This document shows, in pieces, positions 11,798-25,000 of a stretch of DNA of 64,000 nucleotides; the first letter of the stretch is position 1; every line of letters starts with the position of its first letter. The translations under genes were made by a program, and so were the position numbers. This stretch comes from Marsupella aquatica. Its lineage: Eukaryota; Plantae; Marchantiophyta. The stretch spans positions 7,613,079 to 7,677,078 of the forward strand of contig OZ316898.1 in NCBI GenBank assembly GCA_973895155.1. The letters are read 5' to 3'. The notes below the pieces were generated by a model that had not been told where the DNA came from, ran no database searches, and worked only from the letters and a program-made list of their open reading frames with translations.

Positions 11798-14700
11798 GAT
11801 TTTTAGATGTAAGATACGACGTTACTTGCTAAGCAGGATCTCAGCTACCCACGACTGCCTTATATGAATGCCTAGCCACTTTCCAATTGTGGTAATGATA
11901 GCTAGTCTAGAGACAAAATGTATGGGATGGCTGAAGTTGATCGATCAAGCAGCTGTTGTCTAAAGTCTGTCATTCGGAGGCTATGTTACGTCCAAACTCA
12001 AGCTAGAGCTCGAGCTGCACATATAAAAGCGAATTTGGGACACGCATACTGGTTAGCTCTGGAAGAGCTCTTCGGGGATACAGCACTGGACTGCGATCGA
12101 GGTTGTCTGAGCTTTACGGCATTCATCGGCAGCAAGTTAGTGCTTGAAAACACAATCTAGTAGATCATAATTCCTAAAGGACTAAAGGAGCGTATTTCCG
12201 AGCGATAACTCCCTCAAATGTATCGAAAGGGCTGCTGGGAGAACTTTCATTACTAAGCCGCCCACAATTTATTAGTAGAGCATTCTATGGTTCCGAGTCC
12301 GGAGTCCCAGTGAGCACATTAATTATGTGAAACTGAGCCCGAGCAGGTACGAGAGTACTCTGAGGAACATCGGAGAACTGGACGACGTTCCAGTAGCGTA
12401 CATCTGCACTTCTAGTCGTAGCATCTACGATAAATGCAAATCTGCCGGCTGCGGAGCAACGATTGCCATCACACGCTCCATGCTTAGTAATCATGTGACC
12501 ATGATTGAACAGTTCAGTTCTATGGTAGTTCTGTGTGAACTAGTTATGGAATTTAGGCTGAAAAGCAATCTCGAGGCCATTAGTGACCCCTCCCGTATTT
12601 AATCTCGAAGCCATTAATGAGCCTCCCTTACTTAGCTGTCCCTGGCCTAGTGGCATTTGTACTCTGTAGGATTTAGAGAAATTTCCGACCTCGTTATGAA
12701 ATTCTGTATGTGTCCAGTCTCTCCATTTTTTTCTAAGTGTAAAGGGGGCCTCACAAGAAGCGGTGTTTTTGGGTCCCTTTTTGGGGCCATTTTTGCCTCT
12801 TTGGCAGTTGGTTCTTGTGTGCTCTGCCCCTTGGGTTTGTTGTTCTTAGTGTCTGGCTGGTCTTTGTCCTTTTGGTCTCTGTAATAAATTGGCACACCAT
12901 TGCCCATCAACAAATTCAAAGAGAAATTGGGCACCCTTAAACAACAGGAGGACTGCCCCACTGCATTAATTTGGAGTTGTCCAATTTCTGGTCTTCAGTT
13001 GGGTTCAGTCTGCCCTCCAGCAAGTCAAAGGACATGTCATTGAAGGCATCATTAAACATGGATTTACCATCCCTAATTCCAGAGCGATGGCGGTTGCAGT
13101 CTCTTTGGAGGTAGATGCCAAGTCTGTGCCGGGATTTGTGAATTACTCCCTATGCATTCGATTGAGTGTGTTCAAGGGCGGGGTGCCTACCTTGTTCACT
13201 GGCCGGCCTTATGGAGTAGGAGCTGCACCTTCCGGAGTACTTAAATTTGTAGTTTAGGTTTTAGCTTCCCTAGTTCCTGGTTCCGGCCTCTCTGGTTTGT
13301 AGGCTTGTCAACCTTTGGTCCACCTGGGTGCAGACCCCCTCTGTGGGACACCCATGTTGTATGCTGACTTTTAATGTCATTCAATGAGGTTTTTTGAGGC
13401 AAAAAGAAAGTAATTTGGGCACACTGTTTCAGCCTTGTAAATCCAATCTAAACACTGTAGCCGACTGAAGACTGCTCCAGGTGATTTACAAAAACTTGAG
13501 GGTCATTGAGGTGTGGTGCCTACCAGTCTTACATGGCAAACAGTGGAGTCCAAGTAACTGCTAGTGTGGAGTACTTATTTTGTCTAGAAATTTTAATTAG
13601 ACAACCAGCTGTGGTCCAAGTATTTCCAAGCTTTGGTTTCCTTGGGTCAATCAAAGGACTTGTAGAGTCAGGCAAGGGTGGCATTGGGCAGTGGCATCCC
13701 TAAACAAATAGGCTAATCAGCATTGATCAGGGTTGGGAATACCTCTTGTTCCTTATGTTTGGAAGTGTTCAATGAGTTTCCCTTGATCAGCATAATTGTG
13801 AATACAATGCCTGCTGAATACCGTTGGCTCTCTCTTAGTGCAAACTCCATAGTGCTAAACCTGGATAACTGCAAGGCATCTTGTTCCGACTTCCCATTCT
13901 TTTACAAGGAGTTTGCACTTTTTTTGCATCTTCTGAAAGGCCTCAAATATTGTTGCTAGTAGAGTCATTGTACGAATCATTAAGATGGGGTCAACTTGGT
14001 AAAACTAGTTACACGGGGGCTAAACAAGGAAAGCTTTTCTGGCATGGAGTCCATCAAGCATATTCATTGCATGAATGGCCGGAAATCACAACAGAAAAGT
14101 GAAATGCTGGCAATTTCACATGAGAATGTGAAACAACCAAAATCAATCTGCCGATTATGCAGATAAGTTGGCCAATCACTCAAACTTGAAACCAAAGCCC
14201 GGATGGACTGGGAGGTTGTCTCCCAACATCCCTATGGACGGTGACACATAAACTGAGCATCTTACACCTAATGATGAGAAAATCTAGGTAATAAATGTTC
14301 TCATTAATTAGCTATTTACCTACATTTTAATCACATTAGGAGATTCTGTGCACCTAGAAGTGAACTGAAAACATACATGAAATGAAATAAAAGTGTACAT
14401 CTAGTACTGTATTTAAAATTTTAGAGACCTCCGCAATGCCAAAGTACTCGAAGCGTTGATTGTAACAAGAGCAGCACTCTCTGAAAAATATGATTTCTTA
14501 GCAATATACTCTTGGATTAAAATCTGAGGTAGCTTTGCTGCAACAAAATAAGTCAAACCCCTCCTTAACACAAGGGCAACAATGTATGGAAAATAGTATT
14601 CCATCTCAAGAGCAATTCTCTATGAAAATCAAGGTTTGTCCCCCGTTTTCCTAATGGAGATTGTTATATTGGTTCACGGGTCATTGTGGTGCTTGTTTCC

Positions 14701-15680
14701 CCCTTTTGTGGGAGTTTTGCAATCTACTATAAACATAAAAATATTCTTGAAAACAAATTGAGTTAATTTTGCTTCTACTCATTGAATGAACTACTTGAGG
14801 CGCTATGAGTAAATTGTGAAGAGCTTAGTCTACACCTAATTTTATTTACCAGAAAGGCCAGATAAGGCCTACAAATATCTAAACATACTTTACATCTTTT
14901 TTTATTGAACTCTAAAAAAATTGTTAAAGTGACTAGCTTGAGGGAATAGAATATTAAGAGAATGCAACTAAACTTGCAATCAATGATCTAGCTGGTACAT
15001 GGTAACCTTGGACAAAAATGGACAGAGGTGGCATGGTACTTTTGGATAGTTGGACAAAAGTGATCATTTGACAGTGTATTTTTGGTACACAAATGTAAAA
15101 CATAGTATCCAAACATATATGTGTTTGAGTCAAGTCCATCCAAGTTTGGTTTGTCCATGGGGACTTCATAGACAACCTATCAGTCCATCCCGGCTTCTAG
15201 TTACTCAAACTTATTAAATATTTTCCAGAAACTACTAAAGTTTAGGGTTATTTTAACTCACTTAGAGACTTAAGATACGTGGTAGTCTCAATTTTTCCCA
15301 CCAAAATAGTTTTCTCGGTCTACTTTATCCGCTCTTTTACTTACATGTAGCCAAAAACAAGCATGTGCAGTCTTTTTCAACAGAACAAGTTTTCTGGTTA
15401 TTTCACCCTGGCCATCAAAAGTTTTTCAGGCTGTCATGACAGGAATGTAATCTCCTTGGTCCCCATTTCCTAAGGTGCCCATATTTTCCAGCTCAATATT
15501 GTGGGGCATCGCTTTACTGCACAAGGCACCAGAAAAATTGTTTGTTTATCGCTTTGTGCCACCTAATTATGACTGCACTACCGTGAATACCCATGCCTCT
15601 ACAGAAGAAGGGCCCCATGTATACAGACTTCTCATGCCAATCGTAGGTAACAAGCATAGTGAGTCTAAATCCCAAAAACA

Positions 15681-16160
15681 TGTTTCAGACTTATTGTGGC
15701 CTTTGGTTTCACTCTGGGGAGTAGTTCATAAATGGTATAATTCGATAGTGAATTATAGCATAACTTGCAATTTAATTGTTCATACTAGGATTACAAGTAG
15801 TACCTCAAAGAGTTGGTGCATTGTCCAGATATAGCTCAAGTCCAACTAGATGAAAGAGTTCAAACTCTTTTGCAAATTCAATGAAGGGACTTAAAAATAT
15901 TTTGGGGTACTTGAAAGCTCCAACTAATTTTGCTATGCAGATTTTACAATTTCAATCTATGTCTTTCTTCCTGTTATATCAACTTGCGCATCATTATTGT
16001 ACCATCATTGCTCTTCATCTTACTCATCACTACCAACTTTTTCTTATACTCCCCTGTTGTTTGTGACATGTTCTTCCTTCTCCTTTTTAATTCCTAACAC
16101 ATTTATGAGACATTGGTCGTGGCAAGGCCAGGTAAAAAGTGAATTCTAGTTTGTTATTTA
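15681..16160. repeat. Dispersed repeat, inverted homologue of 35105-35780
   Basis: For example, gtcgtggcaaggccaggtaaaaagtgaattctagtttgttattta and ctcttcatcttactcatcactaccaac match the reverse complement of 35105-35290. Collinear similarity with indels continues to ~35780. Confidence 0.8.
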
Positions 16161-16169
16161 TGATATAAA

Positions 16170-16640
16170 CTAGCTCAATACCCATGCAGTGCATAGAAGA
16201 TGTTGTTGCACTAAAGATGTCAATGCATTAAACATGTCATTTTCAAAAACGATGTTCTGTAAAAGACTTTATATGCAGAAAAGACAACATTACACAAAAG
16301 ATGTGCTGTGAAAATGGATGTCTATAAAACATGTCATTTGAGAAAAGATGTCATTTGCAGAAAGGTGTCGATGTGTGAAAGATGTTTGGGAGAAATTGTT
16401 GTTACACAAAAATTTTTGTTGTGTAAAGATGTCATTGCATAATAGATGTCTGAAAAAAATGCTGTTATGCAAAGATGTCATTATGGAAAAGTTGTTGTTG
16501 AGTAAAAGATGCTTGCAAAAAATTGTTTTTGCAAAACAGTGTCACCGTGTACAGATGCCATTGCACAAAAGATGGGGTTGTGTAAAAGATGTTTGCAAAG
16601 AAAATGTTCTTGCTCAAAGATGCCATCCTTGTCCCATCCA
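16170..16640 (-). mobile_element. Probable non-autonomous Helitron 3' end with an internal degenerate ~18-19-bp satellite
   Basis: The minus strand ends ctatgcactgcatgg (hairpin)-gtattgag-CTAG|T at 16170-16196, the canonical Helitron 3' layout. To its right lie many aaaagatgtcattgca-like units. The 5' end was not identified. Confidence 0.5.
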
Positions 16641-19109
16641 TGTGCAAGAGCAAATTAGAACTTACTTATTTTTTTAACTTTCATCGATGCCTAGTTTTCT
16701 AAGAGTTTGTACACTTAAAAAAAAAGCCACACCACACAACAACCAAAAACAAATGCAAGGTTTATACATGTCATATTTTGATGTGCATTTACCGGATGGT
16801 CTTCCTTGGTCTTTTTCTTTTATCCTTATGAGATTAGGTGAAGACCAATGAATGGAAATTGCTGCAACTAGCTTTATAAGAAACTTGCTTAGTTTACAAT
16901 AACCCGAGGCATTTAGGTATGGTGTCTAGGGATCCTACATGGCAACGAGTGGGCATGTGGAGTGCTTATTTTGTCTATAATTTTAGACATCCTTAGACCG
17001 AGGGAGATATTGGCTTGATGGACCCACAAGCCACAATTATCTCCCCAACAAATCCAATGAGGTTTTTGATATATTGATTTTGAGATATATCAATAGTGTG
17101 GATCATTCAGGAAAATCATCAAGTAGCACTTATTGGGGGTGGTTAAAGCATATACCTCCCCTATAGGTGGTCAAAATATTTGCAAACTTTGCTCCTTTCA
17201 TTAAAGGATTTGCATTTATTGAAGTTCATTTCCAAATATTTTTGGTCTGGAATCTATCTTTAGAATAAGAAGTAGCCCTATTTAATGCAGTTCATTTCAA
17301 AATACTTTTGGTCTGCTCAGGACTTATCTGTAAGCAGGAGAAGCCCTCCTGTTTGCTTTGGTAAGAAAAGTCACTAAAGCCCTTATGGGACCATTATCTA
17401 CTGTACCTGCCTATATCACTTTGTGACCCAAGTCTACCATTCATGACCTACTCTATAAAGTGAAGTCATAGGTAGTATTTTCTCCGGACATACCAAATTC
17501 TGACGTTCAGACTATGCTAGTAAGTAGGGAGGCATGGGGATTCTGGGTATGTGGAGCCCTTCATGAGCATACACGGGGCTACATTGGGGCAAGGACTCTG
17601 CCGTAGTCATCATTTTGTATGCAAAGAAATTTAATGAAAAAAATTTGGCATGAAGGTGATGGTCCTAAAATGGCAGGCTGGGAAATATATGAGGATAGTT
17701 TCAGTACATGGGGAGGAAATCAAACTGTAGATATGATGGTCTGGAAATCTTTGTATGAGGCAAATGCCAGGGATAGTGTGTTTTCCGTTCAGGTGCCAAA
17801 AAGTTTTCTTTGTCTATTTTTTGATAAGAAAAATGAAAATGGCCATCGGCAAGAATTAAGATAGCTAACCTAGTTTTGACTATGGTAAGCTTGTAAGTAG
17901 GGATGGGCATGGGGAGCCTGGATATGGTGAGCCTTTCCTGTGCATACTCATGCTAGTGACTCTAATTTTCTACCTACAGTTTGCACCAAGTCTGACTCTA
18001 ATTTTCTACCTAATACAGTTTCCGCCAAGGATTGAATAGGAGTCAATGGACAATCTATGTGTATTTGTTTGTGTAGCCCAGAGCTAGTCTTGCCAGTAAA
18101 TTTATCTATTAAATAATGACGTGACATGAAGACTGATCTGCGAATCATTGGATAACTAACCAGGCATACATTCTTGCACCAACACAAATTGACTCATGAA
18201 GCTCTCGTTGAGGATGTGGAGGAATCCAAGTAGTCTCTTTCTCAAAGTTGTAGCATTGTGGTTAAGGTTGTCTCATTTTGACTTCAGCTGCTGGTGGCTT
18301 TCAAAGCAAAACACAACCCAAAGCCCATTTGGCAGTTTCAGCTCCTCTTCAAATCCTGGGTAGGTCAAATGGGAGATGTCACACAACTCACCATTGATGC
18401 ATGCTAAGTAATAGTTGGGTCACCCCATTTTGGACAATTCTAATAAATACTGAACTCACCTTGGATTGGTGCCCAAAAAATAGTCAACTCACCCCAACTT
18501 TGACCACATTATGGACAACTCTAACAGATATTGAATCCACCTTGGATTGGTGCCTAAGTACTACTCATGTCACCCCCATTTGGCACATTACAGACAACAC
18601 TAATAGGCGTCTCAAAACCTGCTATTCCCCAAAATATTTTGGCCAGTTACTCTGGGACATTTTCATCTGCAACCATGACCAAAACCCAACTTTCAGGCAA
18701 ACTTAACCCATGGGGTTTTCAGTTGGAAATGGGTCCCAACACCTGCCCGTGGGTAACTCAACATCATCAAAATTTCTAATTGAGACTTTTTCTTAAGGAT
18801 GCAGCATTGGCGTAGACAAATTGTTGTTCGGGCCATTGGGACCCCCAAGTTAGTGGACCTGCCCTACAACATCTGGGTCACTTCCCCGGTCACTTCAAAA
18901 TTGAGGTATGTATTTGATGGATACCCAAAATGAAAAACGTTATTTGATGTGACCCTGAATGATCCAGACCGTGACAGATCTTATATTGACATGCCCAAAA
19001 CCTCATGGGGCTGGTTGGGGCTAAAAGTTTGGTTTGGGGGTCCATAAGCATGTATATCCGTCAAACTGCCACTAGCCACAAAAAGTGGGGAAGTGTCCCA
19101 TACTCCCTT

Positions 19110-19481
19110 TTTCACTTTCCTCTCATTCTTCTCCTCTCCAATTCAGTATTGCTCCACAAAGTAGGGAAAAGATACTATTTATCGTGAAACCTGGTGTAAC
19201 CAGGTTTTTGTCCATCATGGCTAATAGTGGTTTAAAAACCTGGGTGAAACAAAAGGTTGAAACCCCTATTGTTTCACATTATTTTGTTCACTTTTTCACT
19301 TTACTCTCATTCTTCTCCTTTCCAGTTCCATATTGCTCCACCAAGTCAGGAAAAGAGACTATTTATGGTGAAACCTGTTGCAATCAGATTTTTGTCATGG
19401 CTAATGGTGGTTAAAATCCTCACTGGAACAAAAGGTAGGAACAGAAGGTTTGAAACCCCTAATGTTTCGCATTATTTTGTT
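19110..19481. repeat. Diverged tandem duplication of ~185 bp
   Basis: ttctcc..tattgctccac.aagt.ggaaaaga.actatttat.gtgaaacctg..catggctaat.gtggtt..ttgaaacccct..tgtttc.cattattttgtt occurs twice. Confidence 0.75.
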
Positions 19482-20146
19482 GGGGGTTCTGCCACGACTG
19501 CCGGCCAGCCTTTCGCCTCCCCCTCCTGTGCATGCGCATGCGCAATCGCCGTTGAATGAAGGTCCTTTGCCAGGATCGACGGCTCTCTGCACACCAGGGG
19601 CGGACCCTGGCTCTATCCAATCCGCAGTCAATGCCTCCATTAATGAAATCCCGTGCAAAACGTTTCAGATCCCACCCTTCATATCCTCAGATCATTGGTC
19701 ATCGCTATTTTGGGCACACCGTTTTGGGTCCTGTCAGCTCGATGCAGATCATTGGGCATCTTCAGTGCAGAAATGTTCGGGACTGTCAGCTGGAGCACTC
19801 TCTCTCGATTCTCGATTCCCGACCGTCTTGCTCTGTAAAGATTTACTCATTTAGTTCTCCATTCGAGGCAAACGGGTCCACTCTCTGCTGCAGGAAGACT
19901 AAAAGGCCCTTTCTGTGGATTTGCGATCGAGGTGGCAGAGTAAGTTAACAGTATTCTTTTTTGGGGCTCAGCTTTTTTGTGGCTCAGCTCCAGTGGAATC
20001 TCTGGGTCCTTTCCTTTCCTTTCCTTTCCTTTCCTCGAGGAGCTGCCAGCGCAATCCAACGCTTTTCCCTCCGTATCATTTTCCCACAAATCCACACTAT
20101 CAGCAGTGAGTTGGTCTGTTTTTATGTCCCATGGAACTATGGAAGA

Positions 20147-20716
20147 GGCTACCGTGTCGACGGAGACTGGAGTGCTTTCTATCCTTTGCTTTTCCTGTAG
20201 AAAGGAAAGGACGGAAAACCTTTCGAATCTACGGTACACTGTAGAAGTACAATCAGGGAGGGAGACAATGATGAAGAAATTGATACGTCAGGATCAGAAA
20301 GGGGGACCAGTTACTGGAGACAAGAAATCCGAGGGCCAGGGTGGATATGGTGTTGTGGTCGAATTGCAGGAGAGGGACAGACAGTCACACACGGATTGAA
20401 TGGTTGGAGACGGTCCAGGGGCGAGCGACATGTTTTGGAGGCCCACTGAATTGGTTTGACGTGACAGGGCCAAGCACATTCAGCAGAGCAGATTGACTCT
20501 GAGGAATCTGGATGCTGTCGGTATGGACCCACGGAGGAGCAAAGCAGTCCCATAGGGACCTGCTGTTGGATTGCTCGTGTGGAGCTTTGTGATCAATGCT
20601 CAGGTTTGCTGCTTCCCTCAAGTGCTTTCACGATTCGGTAATTCCTTCCGTCTCAGGATCCTGCTGTGGTGTAGTATATTATCAGTCTCCACGCAGTTGT
20701 AGACTGTGAAAGAATT

Positions 20717-20768
<52 letters not shown>

Positions 20769-21813
20769 CTCTACACCTGTGCTGGTGGACAATTTGGGGC
20801 GGTAGAGAAAGGATTGTTGAGGCGTGAGGAGAAGTAACCTGCAGAAGCTGCACCCTCACTTTTAGAGTTGAGTAGACTATGAGAGGAGGGAAGAAGCTTA
20901 TGGGGAGGCCCTGATGATGGAGTATAGCAGCTTCAGGAGTTTGTCGTTCCTTGTTCGAAGCCAATAGCTTTGCTGCACAACTGTGAACACTCGACAGATT
21001 CCGGTCTCCGTGACAGGACGTGGCGTTCGACTTCGCTTTCAGCGGATTTTATACTGTAGTGCCCAGGGATTGAGATGTTTGCGCCCAGTTCGCGTGCCAA
21101 TGTTCAACACGTACTGGAAAACAGAAAAGTACTTCATCACGATCTCTTGAGAACTTTCCCTGGTTATGTGGTTGATGTCGATGAACGATTGATTTTTGTT
21201 GACATGGTTATTTCGGATGGCGCCTTTGTCCTTTCGGAGTTGGGTTTCCGTTTGTCTGGTGCGAGTATTACTGGCGTGGGCCCTGCCTTGCCTTGCGCAA
21301 TCTCACACAGTCATCGGGACTGAGCTGCGGAGTTCAAGGAGTATAATTAGGGTTCTGAGCTGGAGAAATCTCCGATGGTTGACTCATTTTGGGTTCCAAT
21401 AATGCAGAGCTCTAAGCAAGGTAAGGATCGCACATGTCCATCACGATCGGACAGCCGAGGGAGTGAAGGACTATGGTGATCGTAAAAGAGAGAATCAATT
21501 TGTATTTGATGCTAAGGATGAATGACCTCCGCGAGAGAGGGTTGAAGTGTTGTGGAGAGATAGGTTGCGAAGGAAGGAGTGGAAGCTTTCGTGTCCCGAG
21601 GATGGAAGAACACAAGAAAGCAAGGATTGAAGTGTCGTCTCACGAGAGAGCTCATGACGGACGATAAACTAGCACTGATAGTGGTAGCGATGCTTCTGTT
21701 TCCTTACGGTAACTTGAGAATCCAGGGGAAGGTGATTGTTTTAGAGATGCAGTAGGCCTTGCTGGTTGAGCTCACCTGAGAGCGTAGGATCTTTAGATTG
21801 AACTTGGGTTGAA
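20147..21813 (+). repeat. SAC3C upstream leader/5'UTR block, inverted-duplicated at 31657-33253
   Basis: Continuous collinear similarity to the reverse complement of 31657-33253. Examples: aaaacctttcgaatctacgg.acactgtag; tcacttttagagttgagtagactatga; aacttgagaatccaggggaaggtgattg.tttagagatgcagt.ggccttgctggttgagc. Confidence 0.93.
20719..20766. repeat. (GA)24 microsatellite
   Basis: Perfect GA run read directly from the sequence. Confidence 0.97.
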
Positions 21814-22097
21814 GATAGAAATTTCAGTCTGGGAGATGCAGTTGGCCTTGCTTTCACGAGTTTGCCTTACTAGGGTGCTGTCGCTGCGCAGGGTTGAGCT
21901 GGAACGAGATGAAACTGCGAATAGTGATTGAAGGAATGCAGTTTTAAGTCCTGGGTCATTATCATTGGGGGCGAAGACATTAACTGTGTGGTTTGGTGAC
22001 CTTTTGAGCTTCAGCTGGAAGACATGGATTGCAAGACAGAATGGTGGTTGAAGGCGGTCGTTTGTCCTGAATAGACCCCTGGATCTAGCAGACAGCG

Positions 22098-25000
22098 ATG
22101 GCGGCCAGAGGTCCACCTCCTTCTCTCTCGATACCAACGTACCCGCGAGGAGGAGGATCAGGTGGTTCTTCAGATCCTTACCGAGCTCGAGGCCGGAACC
22201 GTTCTACCGGTAACAGTGGGCCAAGCAGTAGGGATCATTCCGTAGAGGGAAGAGGAGATACCAGACGAGGACGGGAGGTAAGAAATAGTGGAGAGTTCAG
22301 AGCCAGCTACAACAACCAATATCAGGGGCAAATTTACGAACCAAATCGTAGAACTTCAGGTCAAAGCTGGGGTTATGGACGGGAACAACAAGCTGATAGT
22401 AAACAACAAGCTGATAGCAGCAACCAAGAGTTTTACTGGCGAGATGACCGATTGGGAGTTCATGGGAGGGTGCAAGGAGTTTGGGAAGACGAGGACGGTT
22501 CCTTGGGAAGCAGCGAATCATCCAGTAGCTACTCTCTTACGATTGGGGTTGACAGTCAAGGGCGAAGATCCTCTATTTCGCAGCCGCGACAGGAGAATAG
22601 CTACGGTGCTAATCGTAGGCAATCCAATGGCTATGACAGTACTCTGAGGCAAGAGAATGGCCATGCAGTAGGCAGTCAGAGACCTGGGAGTGCCAATGGT
22701 GGTTACGAGCGTTCAGGTGGCTATCGTAGATCTTCTTCCCAAAGTGGAAGCCATCGCGGTCGAACTGCGTCTTTGGAGCCCGTCCGAGGTGCTGCTGGTG
22801 CATCGAGGGTTTTACCAGGGAAAGACTCTGACAACCCTAAGGAGGTCGAGGCATTTGGTTATGGCAGAGAGCTTGAGACTTTTGGTTCCCAAAGCAGCTT
22901 AAAAAGCCGCAGCACTAAGTCTGCAGGTGTCTTCATCCCACCAGCAGAGGCAAGACGGCAGGGGCTCAAGGATGAGGCTATAAATGGTCGAGATGTGGTA
23001 GCAAGCACCTTTAAGGGTTTCAAAGAAGGAGATATAAGGCAGAGTTTCGCTAACGACAGCGTTGGTCAAGGGGACGGGTGGAGGAGTAGTGGTAGTTCTA
23101 GTCCCAATGGTGGTAAGAGCAGTATCCGTGAGAAATCTCAAACACGTACGAGGGCAGAAAGCACTATTGTAAGAAAGGAGTACAACGTGGATGCACATAG
23201 AATGGATGATTACGAAATCGCTCAAAAACTTGTTATGAACGATAAATCTCGGATCGTTGATGGACACCATGGAGAGAGGATCCACTTTCGTCCCACGAAA
23301 GACGAAGATGGAGAGCTGCTCATTCCCAGCCCGGGCATCACAAAGTGGAGCTCTGGTTACACAATGAACCACAGTTCTGAAAGGGAGAGCGATTTATCCG
23401 GCGAATTAGTGTCACCGAGTCGTAGCTCGTTCTCGAAGAAGTCTTTGAGCGGGAGGAACAGCTACGACAGGGTGAAAAGACGAGATCTGTCCGATCAATT
23501 GCCGGTCTTCAGTCCCAGCTCAGAAGCTAGTAAGGCTGACACCAAACTAGAGAGCAGCATTGGTCCACTGTCTCGAGAGAGTTCCAGGAGAGTGTCACTT
23601 GCGAGCCCCATGTCAGATTTTGCTACCAAAGAACTTGGTTTGGATGGGAACAAGGATCGGAATGCCGTGAAGCAGCAGCTTCCTGATAAAACACCGGAGT
23701 CTGCTAGTGTAGGGATGCCTCGGACCCGGAGCACGGACTGGTACGAGATTTGTTTGAAGGAGGAAGAAGAGGAGGAAATGCTGGCTAGAACTAGGAAGAT
23801 CGACGAAGAGTCCAACCTTGGCAACCCGACGCTCACCCGCAATGGAGTCAGGAATTTCAGCAGGACGGGCAGTACGGATCCAAAGCGGGGAGAATCGGCA
23901 GTCTTTAGCCTGAGCTTGGTTCCAGGGGGCAACTATCGAGAGTCAAAAAACAACCTGGAGAAAGGACGGGCGAGGGAGAGGTTCGTACGAGGCGATGCTG
24001 CCGATTTAGCGCAGCCCAATTCGGCCAGTGGCCAAAGGCATGCAGATGCTGGAGGTAAACAGACGTTGTTCACGCCCTGGAACGCCCTAGAGCGTCTACC
24101 CGCTTCCAGGAACGTACCAAGCGGTGCCCCAAGGCCGAAGTCTAGTCATCAACATTCTGAGAATGGCCCTGTAGAGCCACGGGAAAGTGTGGTGCAACAG
24201 GAGAATCTGAGGATATCCATAGCAGGTGGGCGACAAGAAGCACGAGGGAGAAGATCAGCAACTATCGAACCTGACGAAGCAGCGAATTGGAGGGCAGAGA
24301 GGAGACCATCAAGAGATCATTCTAGGGAGTTCGTGAGACCTGAAGTATCTCAGGAGTCTGTAGCAGGCCCATCAGGACGAGCCAGACCTACTCTCACAAA
24401 TGAAAGAGGCATCGTTCCAGCCTCAGTGGTTATGCCTGGAGGTTTGCTCAACAGAGGGAATGGGTCAATTAGGCCGGCAACATTTTATCGTGCCTTACAT
24501 GAAGCTGTGGGTGGAGATGAGGAAGCTCTGCCTCACATTGTTGGGACCTGTCCTGACATGTGTCCCAGTATGTTCCTCCCTCCTTTTCCGTAACCTCTTT
24601 CATTCGAAGACCACTAGATAACTCCGTAAAAATACATTGTCACACTTGAAAGGTCGAATGGAATCTTGTCCTGATTACATTACTGAATGTCGCGTAAAAT
24701 AAGGGTGAGCTCCCAAAAGCAGAGCTCCCAAAAGCAGCATGACAGGAAATCTCGAAATGAACAACTATGGAGCTACCAAATATCATGTACATTTTCGCTG
24801 AATTTTTCCGTTTCTAGCATGCGGAAGCAGAGGTCACCTCCTGTAAGAATATCAAGCTCTGTGTGTACTTGCAACTGTATAGTATGCAGCTAACGTCAGT
24901 TAGGCCTCCAATTGTACCAAAGGGGGAAGCTAAAACAATACCTTCGTTTGACCTGCTTCTTGTGGTATCAGGTAAAGAGAGATTGCAGCGGGAGAGATTG

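Noticed and set aside
16290-16677. Cys/Lys-rich ORFs
   Set aside because: Products of the degenerate 18-19-bp satellite.
13507-17215. Similar segments at ~13507-13665 and ~16914-17215
   Set aside because: Short, old dispersed-repeat fragments with no definable termini or coding capacity, so they could not be classified.
20653-20964. Apparently conserved ORF pair MASNKERQTPEAAILHH.. (20653-20964 and 32464-32784), and the RMxPLSFRSWVSVCL pair (21196-21402 and 32080-32337)
   Set aside because: They start at TTG or other non-ATG codons and diverge by frameshifts. The similarity is explained by the DNA-level leader duplication.
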